DNA of 64,000 nucleotides, taken from NCBI RefSeq assembly GCF_006345805.1, contig NC_042997.1:139252001-139316000 (forward strand), written 5' to 3'. A model generated the notes under the pieces. That model was not told the DNA's origin. It saw nothing but the letters and a program-made list of their open reading frames with translations, and did not search any database. This DNA comes from Octopus sinensis (lineage: Eukaryota). Shown one piece after another: positions 13,060 through 24,934 of the stretch (the stretch's first letter is position 1; every line of letters starts with the position of its first letter). Position numbers and translations under genes: made by a program.

Positions 13060-14564
13060 ATGGATCTTGACTTAACGTCAAATTCTGATTTTCCCGAGAT
13101 GGGAGAAGTTATAAAGCAAAAGGATACAAAGGAGAAACAAAGTTTTTCGGAAGCCGTTGGAGGCAATGTTATAGAACTGGAAGTAACAATGGAGGATCTC
13201 TTCAAGTTCAGAAAGTTCATACAAAGGAATGGAGAAGAAACGAGAATAATACCGCCCCCTGACACCTTACAAGCAATCCGTGAGAAGACGGTAATTTATA
13301 AGGTATATAATATTAAGGAAAAAAAGATTGCAGATGTAAGAATGAATTGGTAGAACGGTGCATGGCACCAATTTGGAACAAGGTTCGCTATGTTGGCCGA
13401 GGAGTGAGAAGCGCTACTATTGAAGCGCATTTCGAGTCGGCTAGCATAGCGAAGGAAATTTCAACTCAAACGTTGAAGAGTGCAGACATCCTGTTGCTGC
13501 CCACGTACTTAGGGCGCAGAACAGCTAAGATAACAATAGAGGATATACCAACAGGTTACGATGTAATGTGGGCAGCAACAGCGGTCGTATTCGACGTAGA
13601 AGAGAAATTAACATTTTAAACATGAGGATGAAGAGGCAAAATTTTGGAAAGGTCAGCAGCTTGAAATGATCGTTCAAGCTGACAATGCAACGCTGGAGAG
13701 TTTGCCAGACAGGGTCTTCGTGGGGGATGGACACACTGCGCGGGTATCGGTGAGGGACGTAGGCCCAGATGTTTCAAATGTGGGCAGAAGGGTCACGTCC
13801 GCTCAGAGTGCAAAAAGAAAAAACCCGTTAATGCCCCCATTCAAACCGCTGTGGAGAACAAAGCAGACATCACAGCAACAACAAAAGAGAATACCGGAAA
13901 AAGCAAAATGAAAGTCAAAAGGAGGAAAAGAAAATGAATGGAAAACAAAGCGAAAACGAAAACGAGGTGGAAAATAATTTATCAAATGGAAAAGAACTGG
14001 AAGTAATGGAATATACGACCGTAACCAACAAAAGGAAGAAATCCAATACCCCGGACTCCCCACCCCAAACAAAAGAAAAACAAACGCAGAACAACACAAA
14101 AAAATTATCCAATCCCACCCCGCTGGCACTACTTTTGTAGGCCAGCATTTCATTAAACCCCAGCCCCCAACTTTAAAAGGATTCAAAAAAACCGATAGGT
14201 GCATTGCTTATAACACAAAAAACGAGAGAGTAGTTTGGTACATAAAGGCGAAACCAAACATAAAATGTTTCAAACCATCATCGAAAAAAACCCGGATTGG
14301 AGGTATGCGAAGGTTGGAGAGGAGGAATGGAAGGAGAGACTCTTCCAACTACACGTGAGGGACAACCTGATTAAAGATGTCACACAAGAGGTGATAGCTG
14401 GAAAATTGAATATTAGCCCGGCAGCCACTCCATCCCAGAGCCCGGTGGCAACGCCGGTTAAATGCCCAGCAACAACGGAGAGTGTGGGAAGCAGGCAGAC
14501 AAAAGCTGCCATGCTCCCTCTCACAACCGTAAGTAACAAACTTTCTTCATTCATCGATGATTAA
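13060..14564 (+). pseudogene. ORF1 (gag-like, CCHC zinc knuckle), several frameshifts
   Basis: Track ORFs 13009, 13347, 13666, 13934 and 14235 can be stitched together. The knuckle CFKCGQKGHVRSEC is encoded at 13770-13811. Confidence 0.8.
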
Positions 14565-17500
14565 GTTGGGCTGTATAAATGTGCGTGGAATGGGGTCGAA
14601 ATGGAAACAGGCTTGCTTGCTGGACGACCTCAGGACACACAGAATAGATGTAGCCATTGTCACCGAGTCCAAGATGAGAGGAACCCAAGCGTTCTCGCAT
14701 CTTCTCAATGGTTACGAGAAATTTATTTCTCCTAGCCGAGGAGGAAGTGCAGGCGTGGCAGTCCTTATCAGAAGAACTTGGACTTACAGGTAAGTACTGT
14801 CTTTATGGACCCAGAAGGTAGGCTGGTTGTCCTCGATGTAATTCACGTAAGTAAGCAGTCCTTCAGGTTGGTAGCTGTTTATGCTCCTAATGAGGGTAGG
14901 CAGACTGGTTTTTATCGGAACTTGGAGCACTTTCTAGTGACGTCTAAAACGGTAGTATTGGTAGGGGATTTCAACACTATCATCGATGCGCGGATAGATA
15001 GTGTGGGCTCGTCTGATAGAAGGGGGAATCCTTGCCTTAAGGGTCTACTGACGAGCTTTAATCTAGTAGATCGGTTTCGAATGGATGAGCCGAGCATTCC
15101 ACAGTGGACGTGGAGTAACAATGACGGCTCACGCAGATCGTATATAGATAGGGTATTTGTTAAAGAACGAGATAGGAATAGCATTAGCTGTCCACAATTT
15201 TGTATTGTGCCTTACACGGATCACAAATTAGTGACGTGTGAGGTACATGTAGATAAATGCCATAGACAGGGACCCGGATACTGGAAAATGAACAAGTCTA
15301 TTTTGGCTTGTGAAGCTTTCCGTAACCGGATTATGGAATTAGTCCAGAGGGCATTATGTGGAACCATCATTAATAATAGATGGTGGATCGCCCTCAAAAG
15401 AGCCATCCGTTTGGAGTCCATTAGATTTAGCAACCAGCTAAGTTTAGATAGGACTAGAATAGAGGGCGATTTAGTTAAGAACTTAGACGAGGCAATGGGA
15501 TCTGGCTGTGCATCTAGAGTGTTAGCAGAGAGAACGATCTTGTACCGTCACCTCAATGCCAAGCATGAAGGATGTAGAGTCAGAGCTAAGCTACGTGCAG
15601 TGAAACGAGAAGGTATTAATGTTGCCGGATGGGCACGTCGTGTGGAGAGTCAGAAGGGCAAAAAGTCCTCTATTAAGTCTTTAACTGACGAACAGGGACG
15701 CAAAATCTATGGACAGGAGGAGATACAGAAGGTCTTTCAACAGCATTTCGCTCGGTTGTTTGGGGAGGGCGATCCACTCGAGCGGGGGAGGACTTACAGA
15801 ACTTCCTAGCTGGTGGGCCTCGGCTCTCGCCAAGCAGAGCGGAACGCTGTGAAGGACCGATTACTCCCGCGGAGGTAAGAGGGGTTTTGGCTGAATGCGC
15901 CCGGAAAAGTCGCGGCGTCGGACTGGATGGTCTGCCCTATGAGTTTTATTGTTGTATGCCGGACTTGTTCGGGGACATACTGGCAAGCGTCTACGCAAAC
16001 TGGCAACAGAATGGGAGGATTCCCAGTTCTGTGAGCCGGGGAGTTGTGACGCTGATCCAGAAAGACCCGAGCAAGGGGATAATATTAGTAATTATAGGCC
16101 CATAACTCTACTTAATGTAGAGTTAAAGATTTTGGCCAAGGTGTTAGCAGAAAGGTTGAAGGTCGTCATGGAAAAACTTGTCGGAAAGGCACAGACATGT
16201 GCAATCCCAGGCAGGTCGATCGAAGATAATCTTCACCTTCTACGCTACACTATAGACAGGGTTGGGCAATTAGCCGGCAAAGGAGGGGCATTGGTCCATT
16301 TAGACCAAAGTAAAGCATTTGATAGGGTAGATCATCAGTACCTGGCGACGGTTCTCGAAGCGGCTGGGCTAGGTCCTGACTTTCGCGGGTGGATATCAGC
16401 TATGTACAGCGGTATCAAGTCCACAGTCCAGATAAACGGTTACTTAACGGAACCGTTTTCGATTAAGCGTTCAGTTCGTCAAGGATGTCCCTTGTCCCCT
16501 CTCCTGTACGTTTTGGCTCTTGAGCCATTGCTGCGGAAGTTGGAGACGGTGAGATGCAATCCTAATGAAATCGGATGCGGTAAGTCTGTTTCTGCGTATG
16601 CGGATGACGTCACCTTCATCGTGTCCAACGAAGCACAACTAACTCGTGTAGAAGGTGCTCTCCGAAGATACGAAGCGGTGGCTGGGGCAAAAGTTAACAA
16701 GGACAAGTCCACTGGTTTGCGCCTCGGCACCTGGAGGAACAAGCCGATATCGTCCAGTGTTGTTGGACACTGGACAGATGGTCCTGTTAAATTGCTTGGA
16801 GTTTGGTTTGGTTCAGACTCCCAGACGGAGAAAAATTGGAGCGAGGTAGTGACCAAGGTCGAAGCCATAGTTCGGGAGTGGTTCGGAAGGCATCTTTCCT
16901 TGAAAGGGAGGGCGGAGGTGGTACAGGTGTTTATAGCATCTGTAATCACCTATCGCCTGACTGTCGTGCCTTGCCCCGATTTGTGGCTAAGCAAGTTGGA
17001 TCGACTCCTTTTCCGCTTTTTGTGGAAGGGAGGAAAGCCACTTGTAAGGCGCTCCGTGTGTTGCCAGGAACCACTAAAGGGTGGGCTGGGGATGCCTTGG
17101 TTAATGATGCGCAGGCATGCGCTGAGACTGAGACATCTCTGGTTTCACCTGGAAGGTGATAAGGTGTGGAGTCCGCTGGCAGATAATTTCTTCCCGCAAC
17201 CGGACTCTATGGAGAGATTTAAACCCGGTTTCATTAAAAGACGGAACCTGACTTTATGGCAGAAAGAGTGCCGACAGGCACTCTGGCTGATCCACAAGAT
17301 AGGCAAAAGGCGGCTGCGGGAATACCACCTCGACATTTTATAGAAGGATGGTAGAGGAAAAATGACGACGTCCTAAGAGGGGCTCTGGGGTTCGATGAGG
17401 ATCAACTATCCGACCTGTTTAAGAAGACTTTCAAGCCGGGGTATTTGGACAATTACCAAAAATCCCTGACTTGGCAGTGCTATAGGAATGCTCTACCTGT

Positions 17501-17954
17501 TCGCGATAAGTTATATAGGCATGGAATGTCAGTGCCACCGACATGTCCAAGATGTGGGTTGGACGATGAAACCGTCCAGCACGCTTTTGTACATTGTCAG
17601 GAGCTGTCAGGCTTAATAAGTTACGTAGAACACGTGTTGTCGCATCTGGGACGAGTACAGCTATCGGCTGGTTCTATAATAAAGATGATACCGCCAGCTG
17701 GACTCTCAAAGGAAGGTGAGGCTTGTTTTCACTGTACGGTGGCAGTACTGAAAGAGTGTGTGTGGAGAACTAGATTGGAAGGTTTGGTGTCAGGAACCTT
17801 TGTCTCTGGATATGGTATGTTAAAATACTTCAGATACCATCTAAAGAGCAAGATGGATTTAGAGAAGAGGAACCTGACACAGAAAAAGTATGTGAATCGA
17901 TGGAAGGATGTGATAAAAAAGGTGGGTGTGAGTAACCCTGCTTGGTCATCATGA
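14557..17954 (+). pseudogene. ORF2: APE endonuclease, reverse transcriptase and C-terminal CCHC zinc finger; at least 4 frameshifts
   Basis: INVRG, VTESK, GDFN, YIDRVF, TDHKLV (APE); NYRPITLLN, LDQSKAFDRVDH, RQGCPLSP, YADD (RT); CPRCG...ETVQHAFVHC. Confidence 0.93.
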
Positions 17955-18208
17955 AGGGAGAAAATAGTCTCTGGGCTCTTAGGCTGTCGGGTAAGAATCC
18001 TGACTGTGATATACCTAGCTGGCCAAAATCATTTTTAATTTTAAAAAAAAAGGAGAAAAGTAAAGTCTAGTATCATAATCAATAATCAACATATGTAAAT
18101 ATCAAACGAACAACGTAAACTTTTTGTAATTATGTTTTGTATTGTAATGTACTATCTCTGTAAGATTTTTATAATCATAATAAAGATTTAGGAAGCGACA
18201 CCTACTGT

Positions 18209-18268
18209 TTGGCTACGCTGCATTGAAAAGGGGCAATACCCCGAAACGCGTCTGTAGCTGCCGGCCAA
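18209..18268 (+). ncRNA. Type I hammerhead motif; predicted cleavage after C18252
   Basis: Identical to the motif at 12484-12543. Confidence 0.75.
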
Positions 18269-18565
18269 GTAGTGTGGAGCGACTGACCTCCCTTGTTCAA
18301 AGGTTATATGGATACAGTTTGTGTATCAAATAGCTAACTTAAGGCGATGGCCTCATGGAGCTAATAAGCGGTCAGCTTTTTTCTTATTTTTATAAGAATG
18401 CCATATTAGTATGGCGATAACTAATATTTTCCGGAACGCTGCCGTGTTCTCTTTTAGAGAGACTTAGTTATTTTAATATTTCTATTATTGAAAACAAGTG
18501 GATGTTCCACCGAAGCTAGGTAAATAAAACTTTGAACAGAGATTGTCGGAGCGACACCTACTGGT

Positions 18566-18625
18566 TTGGCTACGCTGCATTGAAAAGGGGCAATACCCCG
18601 AAACGCGTCTGTAGCTGCCGGCCAA
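18566..18625 (+). ncRNA. Type I hammerhead motif; predicted cleavage after C18609
   Basis: Identical to the motif at 12484-12543. Confidence 0.75.
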
Positions 18626-18864
18626 GTAGTGTGGAGCGACTGACCTCCCTTGTTCAAAGGTTATATGGATACAGTTTGTGTATCAAATAGCTAACTTAAG
18701 GCGATGGCCTCATGGAGCTAATAAGCGGTCAGCTTTTTTTTATTTTTATAAGAATGCCATATTAGTATGGCGATAACTAATATTTTCCGGGAACGCTGCC
18801 GTTGTTCTCTTTTAGAGAGACTTAGTTATTTTAATATTTCTATTATATATATATATATATATAT

Positions 18865-18905
<41 letters not shown>

Positions 18906-19144
18906 TTTATATACATACATACTACATACATACATACATACATAATACATACATACATACATACATACATATAACGATTCTTTGTCAACTTAATGTGACA
19001 GTCCCATTTTGGAGCTAAACAGCAGTAGCATTCGCCCCAAAGTGCCACATTAGGTTGGCAAAAAATGGTTACTTTACAGTGCTGCTACTGAATATCCCTC
19101 TCTGAGAGATTTAGGAACAATAATACCCCTATTTTATATATGTA

Positions 19145-19149
<5 letters not shown>

Positions 19150-19178
<29 letters not shown>

Positions 19179-19317
19179 ACAGGTTTCTTCCAGTTTCCGT
19201 CTACCAAATCCACTCACAAGGTTTTGGTCTGCCCAAGGCAATAGTAGAAGACACTTGCCCAAGATGCTACACAGTGGGATTGAACTCGAAACTATGTAGT
19301 TGGGAAACAACTTTCTT
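19150..19317 (-). mobile_element. SINE family A fragment (target of the ORF1-only element)
   Basis: cagtttccgtctaccaaatccactcacaagg...cttgcccaagatgctacacagtgggattgaac...gggaaacaactttctt. It breaks where accacacagcc would follow. Confidence 0.75.
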
Positions 19318-20758
19318 TATTTCTTTTAAATTGCCATAAAGGCATTACACATATGGGGACACTACAACATATGTGGGGACATATAACAATTAAAAACATA
19401 AAAATAAAATTTGATATAATGAATGATGCATGAAAATGAACATGAAAAACAAATTAAAATATAACATGAATGATATCTGAAAATGATATTATGAAGAGTG
19501 TGCTACTCACCCCATACTGAGTAACACCACTCGCCGCCTCTGGGTCCTAAGTCCTTTTCTCCTTCAGTCTAATTGTTTTCCCCTTTCTCCATCACATAGG
19601 GATATCATTCTCTCCGCCATGCATTCATAACCTTTTTCACCGGGGGGGGGGGGTCTTCTAAATTTTGTGGTGTCTGTTCTTTCTTTTTCTTGTGGGGAAA
19701 TTGGGTGGGTGGGTTTGGTGTCTGTATGGGGAAGGTGGGTCTGAGTGCTCTTGTGTGGGATAGAGTTGGACTGGGGTGCCACATCATACTCAGTGTTTTT
19801 CTTTTTTCCTCTCTCTCTCCTTCAGCTCTCTGTAACTTTCCATTCTTCCTCCTTTTTCTCCTTTCCTCCGTCTGTCTTTTCTTCCTCTCTTTTCTCTTCC
19901 GCCTCCACAACTGTATCCTCAGCCATTGTCCTCTGTAGAGGGTAGTATGCCCTAATGTGGCCGGTTTGGGCCACATTTAAAACAACGTGGTACTCTGCCC
20001 TCTATCCACACCCTCAGCACGATTTCTCCCAACGTCACTGTTTCTGGCAAGTTCTTCAGTAGACCCTCCTCCGCCTGAATAATTAGTTCAAGTGTCCTTC
20101 CTTTCCACCCTCCTTCTTCTGTTTCTATGGCTTGGAGGACAGTCACCTTCTCGCTTCCAACAAAGACAGTTGCCGCTACCCAAGCCACTTCTATATCTGG
20201 CGGAATTGCTGCTACCTTCACCTTGGAAGTTTTTTTTCCAAGGTACGTAAGCATAAGCACTACTTCCTCTGTTTTCACCGCCACACTCGCCAGCCTCCTC
20301 GCCTCCCCTACTGTCCTAAATTGGACGACCATTGTCCCATATCTTCATTCGGTTATGTACGTTATCTCCTTTGTTCGTTCCCTCAGCGTCTTTTCCACTC
20401 CTGCCCCCACCTGTTCAGCATTTTCTTTTCTTTTCAACGAGTATAGGTGATCGTTTTCTTCTCCATCCTCTCCATAATTTCTTTGGAGAGCGGCAACTTC
20501 ACATCGCCGCCCACCTTCTGAGCCATCTTCTCGTACTCCTTCAGACCACCCGAGTCCAGCTCACTTCGCTTCACCTTCGTGGCTTCAGCAAAACTCCTTG
20601 TATTCAACACTCCGTCCATCTTTATGACCGCCGTTACCAGCTCCAACGACGACTACGACAACTCAGACCCGTCAAGGTCTGAGTACATCTTCTAAGAAAC
20701 ACAAAAACTACGTCCGACTCTTACAAAATCCAGACAGCAAATAACCCGACGCATGCGC
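19318..20758 (-). mobile_element. ORF1-only (half-L1/HAL-like) Tx1-type retroelement with degraded 15-bp TSD
   Basis: ORF1 homologue followed by only about 245 bp before the 3' tail. TSD ggaagcaagcttctt (20759-73) vs ggaaacaactttctt (19303-17), 12/15 identical. Confidence 0.72.
19564..20688 (-). pseudogene. ORF1 homologue with stops and frameshifts
   Basis: LTYLGKKTSKV, WKGRTLELIIQA and GRVPRCFKCG..GHI align with LPTYLGRRTAKI, WKGQQLEMIVQA and GRRPRCFKCGQKGH of the 13060 ORF1. Confidence 0.8.
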
Positions 20759-20773
20759 GGAAGCAAGCTTCTT

Positions 20774-20879
20774 TATTTCTTTTAAATTGCCCTAAAGGCA
20801 TTACACAGAGGGAGACACTACAACACATGTGGGGACATATAACAATTAAAAATATAAAAATAAAATATGATATAATGAA
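20774..20879 (-). mobile_element. Second 3'-end copy (106 bp, about 93% identical to 19318-19423) of the same element family
   Basis: Direct comparison shows about 7 mismatches. Confidence 0.75.
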
Positions 20880-21159
20880 AGACACATGTTATGTATAGTT
20901 AGTTCCTCTTCTCAAATAGTGGAGTGTGATTTGTAGGCAGATTTAGTTACTATTTCTAGCATATTGAGCAACTACATGAAGGTCCCTTCCTGCAGTCGTC
21001 AACTTGTAGCTACTCGAGAGGAACATTAACTAACAGGTCTTGGTGGTCTGCGAATAACATGGCTCCAACCTATTCCACCAGAACATATCAATAAAATATA
21101 TATACAGGTCATGTGAGTTGTACTGTACTTGAAAGAATATCACACACATACACACACAC

Positions 21160-21223
<64 letters not shown>

Positions 21224-22260
21224 GGTTGTATAGGTTGTGCCTGCATTTTCAAAAGACAGAGCCTGAGAGCATGAAATATGATACTCAGTTATATGTAGTT
21301 TAACATTAGTTACAAATGGTTGAATAAAATTTTATTTCTTTACATCAAAGACTTTTATTGATTTTTTTTCCTTTCTTTTTTTATAAAAATGAATTAATAA
21401 GTTTAAAAAAACGGTTATTTTTAGTTAAATGGCTGATAACATACAGTTAATCATTTCCGGTTAACAACATCCGGTTAATGGCATCCGCTTGATAACATCG
21501 ACAAAATGAGGTGGGAGAGAGTGAGAGAGAGGGAGCGGGGGGGGGGAAGCTAGAGAAGGTGAGAAAGAGGAAAACCAGTTTTGAAAAATAAATTGCATGA
21601 AAATATATATTTTAGATGTAAACATTACTCCACCACCTCCATTTCTGAGGCTTTTTCCTCTTATCAAAAAGATAACTCAACGTTAAGGATATAAATAAGA
21701 CGGCTCATATGGTAGGTTTACCCTTTCTGCACAAGTGTATATAAAACGACTTACTCTATGACGTTATTAAAGCAAGCTCTACATGCTTATTGAAACGGAA
21801 GCATCTGAAGTTTGTTTATAGCTGTATTAAAGCAGTAACTGGTGAGGGGAGGTTTCAGTGATATCGCAGTGGCACTCTGCAATAAAATGGTTGCAGTTTA
21901 CGCTTGTAAGCAACTTGAATAAGTTTTACTTTTAATTCCCTGCTCTTTTTTTTCTTCCTTTTTTATCATGTAAAGAAAGTAGTTATGCTAAGGGACGATA
22001 GGATGTCTATGCAATTAACATGTATTTCATGAACGTATGAGTAATACATGCATTCATTCATACATACATACATACATACATACATACATACATGCATGCA
22101 TACATACATACATACATACATACATACATACATACATACATACATACATACATACACGATAACCATGCATTCGTTTATATGAAAATATACGTTACAGACA
22201 CGCACGCATAAAAATGGCATCCAAATTGTTCCGTCCATTTATAATGCCCTTGGTTAAAAC

Positions 22261-22340
<80 letters not shown>

Positions 22341-23228
22341 TATAGATAGATAGATAGATAGATAGACAGACAGACACACATGCTCGCACACACATATGCA
22401 CATATATAAGAGGGTTTTCGGCATTTTCATCAGTGAACTAGAAAATGGATTATGCAGTAACATGAAGCATAAGTCATGCATCATATTGTAAGTATATTTA
22501 TCATAAACTAATTACAACCACTTCAAAACAAGATATCTCTAAAAGACCCCAAGGCAACCATATAATATATAATGTTTTATACGTTAAATCATACAGCAAC
22601 ACACGACAAACAACGTCCCTCGACACACTGTCGCTCGACTCGCTAGAAATGGCACCGCAGTTTCTCACAAATCATATTAAAGCAGAACACTTTGACTAAT
22701 ATAGACTTGGATCCATCTTGCGTGTTAAAGATAAGGCAGAGCTGTCGTCACTGAAATGCATTTCTATCATTGATATGCTCAGTCAGAACTAACTTGGTGG
22801 AGATACTAAAACCACGACAAGGATCATATTGATTTCAAACATAAGTACATGGTTATGTATTTGGGAAGAGGGGTATTGTTGATCATATCGGACCCAGTAC
22901 TTCCCGTTTATTTAATCGATCATGAAAGGACGAAAGTCGCAAACAACCGCAGCAGAATTCAAACTAAGAACGTAATGGAATGCAACTATTTACTGACTGA
23001 TGCTTACTCCCACTGCTGCTCAATATATCTATCCACCGCCCAGCACGACAAAAACCATTTTAGCATCATCAAATATGCGTTGCGTTGGAACGGTATTATG
23101 AAGTTGTACTATGAATTCATGGTCAAGGAATTCAGATGAGCTGCAAATTATTCGGTATCGCCCTCATAGAACATTATTTTAAGTACCTCATTCAAACTAA
23201 CCCTGGTCACCTGTGTTATAAATTAGAT

Positions 23229-23482
23229 CAACGATTCCCAACCGTTTTGACACCACGGAGCGATTTCATGCAAAATAATTTTTCCTCGGATCGGAGGATA
23301 ACGGGGATAACAAAACACAAAATGCATAATATATAATTTAAATATTTATTCCATATATAATAATATATTATATACATTATACATATGTAATGTTAAACAT
23401 TATACATATGTAATGTAGTTTAAAGTAGAAATAGAATTTTAGAATTTATAATTTCTGTGCGACCCGGTGGTTGGAGACTCCG
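23229..23482. mobile_element. hAT/Charlie (MER1B-like) MITE
   Basis: caacgattcccaaccgttttgacaccacggagcgatttcatgcaaaataattttcc ... gacccggtggttggagactccg. TSD not recognisable. Confidence 0.6.
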
Positions 23483-24574
23483 GCATTACATTATTATAAA
23501 CAGATAGCTGTCAATAAATATGTGTAGATTTAGAACGGCAGTCGAGATATGACATAGTACTATGAATTCACGGTCAGTGCGTTCAAATGAGCTGCAGATT
23601 TATTCGTTGTCTCTCCCCACAGAGCATTATTCTAAGTGCTTTATTTAAACTAGCCCTGGTCACCTATGCCACGTATAGTTCTTATGAAAGGAGATATTTC
23701 TCTCTTAGTCGCTTAATGCTACAGCAATTTAAGTAAAGATTGAGAAAAGATGGACATTAAAACTTTACACAGAAAACACGTCTGTTATCTTGTAATATTA
23801 TTAAACCACAAGAAAGTTCATATGTGTATCACAAAACTTAATCAATAATTGACGCGCTAATTAGAAGCCACAACTATCTATGAATTCAACAAAATCTAAT
23901 AAAAGAATAAATAGAACTTTTGGTTTGAATGCAAGTAAACCAGACAAAATCAAACGAATAGCTATTATAAAACTGATGAAAGCATTTTTAAGGGAATAAT
24001 TAATCAAAACAAACCAACCCTAAGGACAACTTAAATTTACTATAAAAACGCAAACTACAGCACCACCATCGAAGAAATTGTAAATAATAATTACTAAAAT
24101 TAATACCCATGTAATCATTACATCAAACAGCACAGTACCTGACAGTAGAACAAGGATGGGTGGGTGGAGAAATATACAACTACGTCCAATATCAGTCGAA
24201 ATAAATTACGTAAGACATCAAAGAGAAAATTAGTGACTTAATTCTCTTTAAGAGAGTCGCTCTAAATTGGCATCGGAGTTTAAACCGCTAGAGAGAACAT
24301 ACGTGTCAGACAACGGTATGATCGCGATTTCGACTAGATTGTGTCTAATTCTTATATGTGCAAATAATTTTTATAAGTAAGGAATGAACTAAATAGATTT
24401 GACAGATGCATAAGCAATATTATATAATTGTTGTATCTTGTTGAAGGAGGGACTCTTAGGAAATGAGAAACGAGACAAATAGTAATACACAAAACCGTAT
24501 AAGCAACAGCAATTTACAAAAGTGAGTGGAGACATTCTCCTGGCAAGAACATATTGTTGCACTTTATAATGAAT

Positions 24575-24934
24575 TCAAATTTTGGCACAAGTCCAGCACT
24601 TTCGGAGGAGTGGGTAAGTCGATTACAGCGACCCCCAGTACTAAACTGTTATTTGTTTTATCAACCCTGAAAGGATGAAAGGCAAAGTGCACCTCGAAGG
24701 AATTTGAGCTCAGAACATGTAGATGGACAAAAATGCAGCTAAATATTTCACCCGGCATGCGAACCATTATTTTCTACTCTAGGCACAAGGCACAAAATTT
24801 TGGGTGAAAGGGGCCAGTCGATTAGATTAACCCCAGTACGCAACTGGTACTTAATTTATCATCTCCGAAATGATGAAAGTCAAAGTCGACCTCGACGGAA
24901 TTTGAACTCAGAACGTAAAGACAAACGAAATACC
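24575..24934 (-). mobile_element. Two adjacent SINE family B copies; the second is cut at gaaatacc by the LINE 3' end
   Basis: gaaaggatgaaaggcaaagt and aaagtcgacctcgacggaatttgaactcagaacgtaaagacaaacgaaatacc. Confidence 0.75.

Larger units (their letters stand above)
12843..18190 (+). mobile_element. Full-length L1/Tx1-like non-LTR retrotransposon (5348 bp) with 17-bp TSD
   Basis: TSD ggaagcgacacctactg at 12826-12842 and 18191-18207. ORF1 and ORF2 are present. The 3' end is aataaagattta with no poly(A). Confidence 0.92.
12056..18845 (+). repeat. 360-bp tandem array with inverted 5' partial copy, flanked by (TA)n; Penelope pLTR/retrozyme-like, interrupted by a LINE
   Basis: tttccgggaacgctgccg recurs at 12341, 12701, about 18428 and about 18785. 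Bases 12056-12333 are the reverse complement of about 12418-12700. There is (TA)n on both sides. Confidence 0.85.

Noticed and set aside
13803-16949. Minus-strand ORFs (133, 94, 90 and 156 aa) over the LINE
   Set aside because: Antisense shadows of ORF1/ORF2 with no independent motifs.
12335-18845. 360-bp and 13-bp arrays as CRISPR
   Set aside because: Eukaryotic context, no unique spacers and no cas genes.
12826-20773. Common RGAAGC at the 3' junctions of the 12843 and 19318 elements as a shared target motif
   Set aside because: Only two sites, a short motif, and an ambiguous A-rich junction.
19318-20879. 106-bp direct repeats as LTRs/TRIM
   Set aside because: No TG...CA ends, PBS or PPT. 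Each copy is a LINE-type 3' tail abutting the same SINE target sequence.
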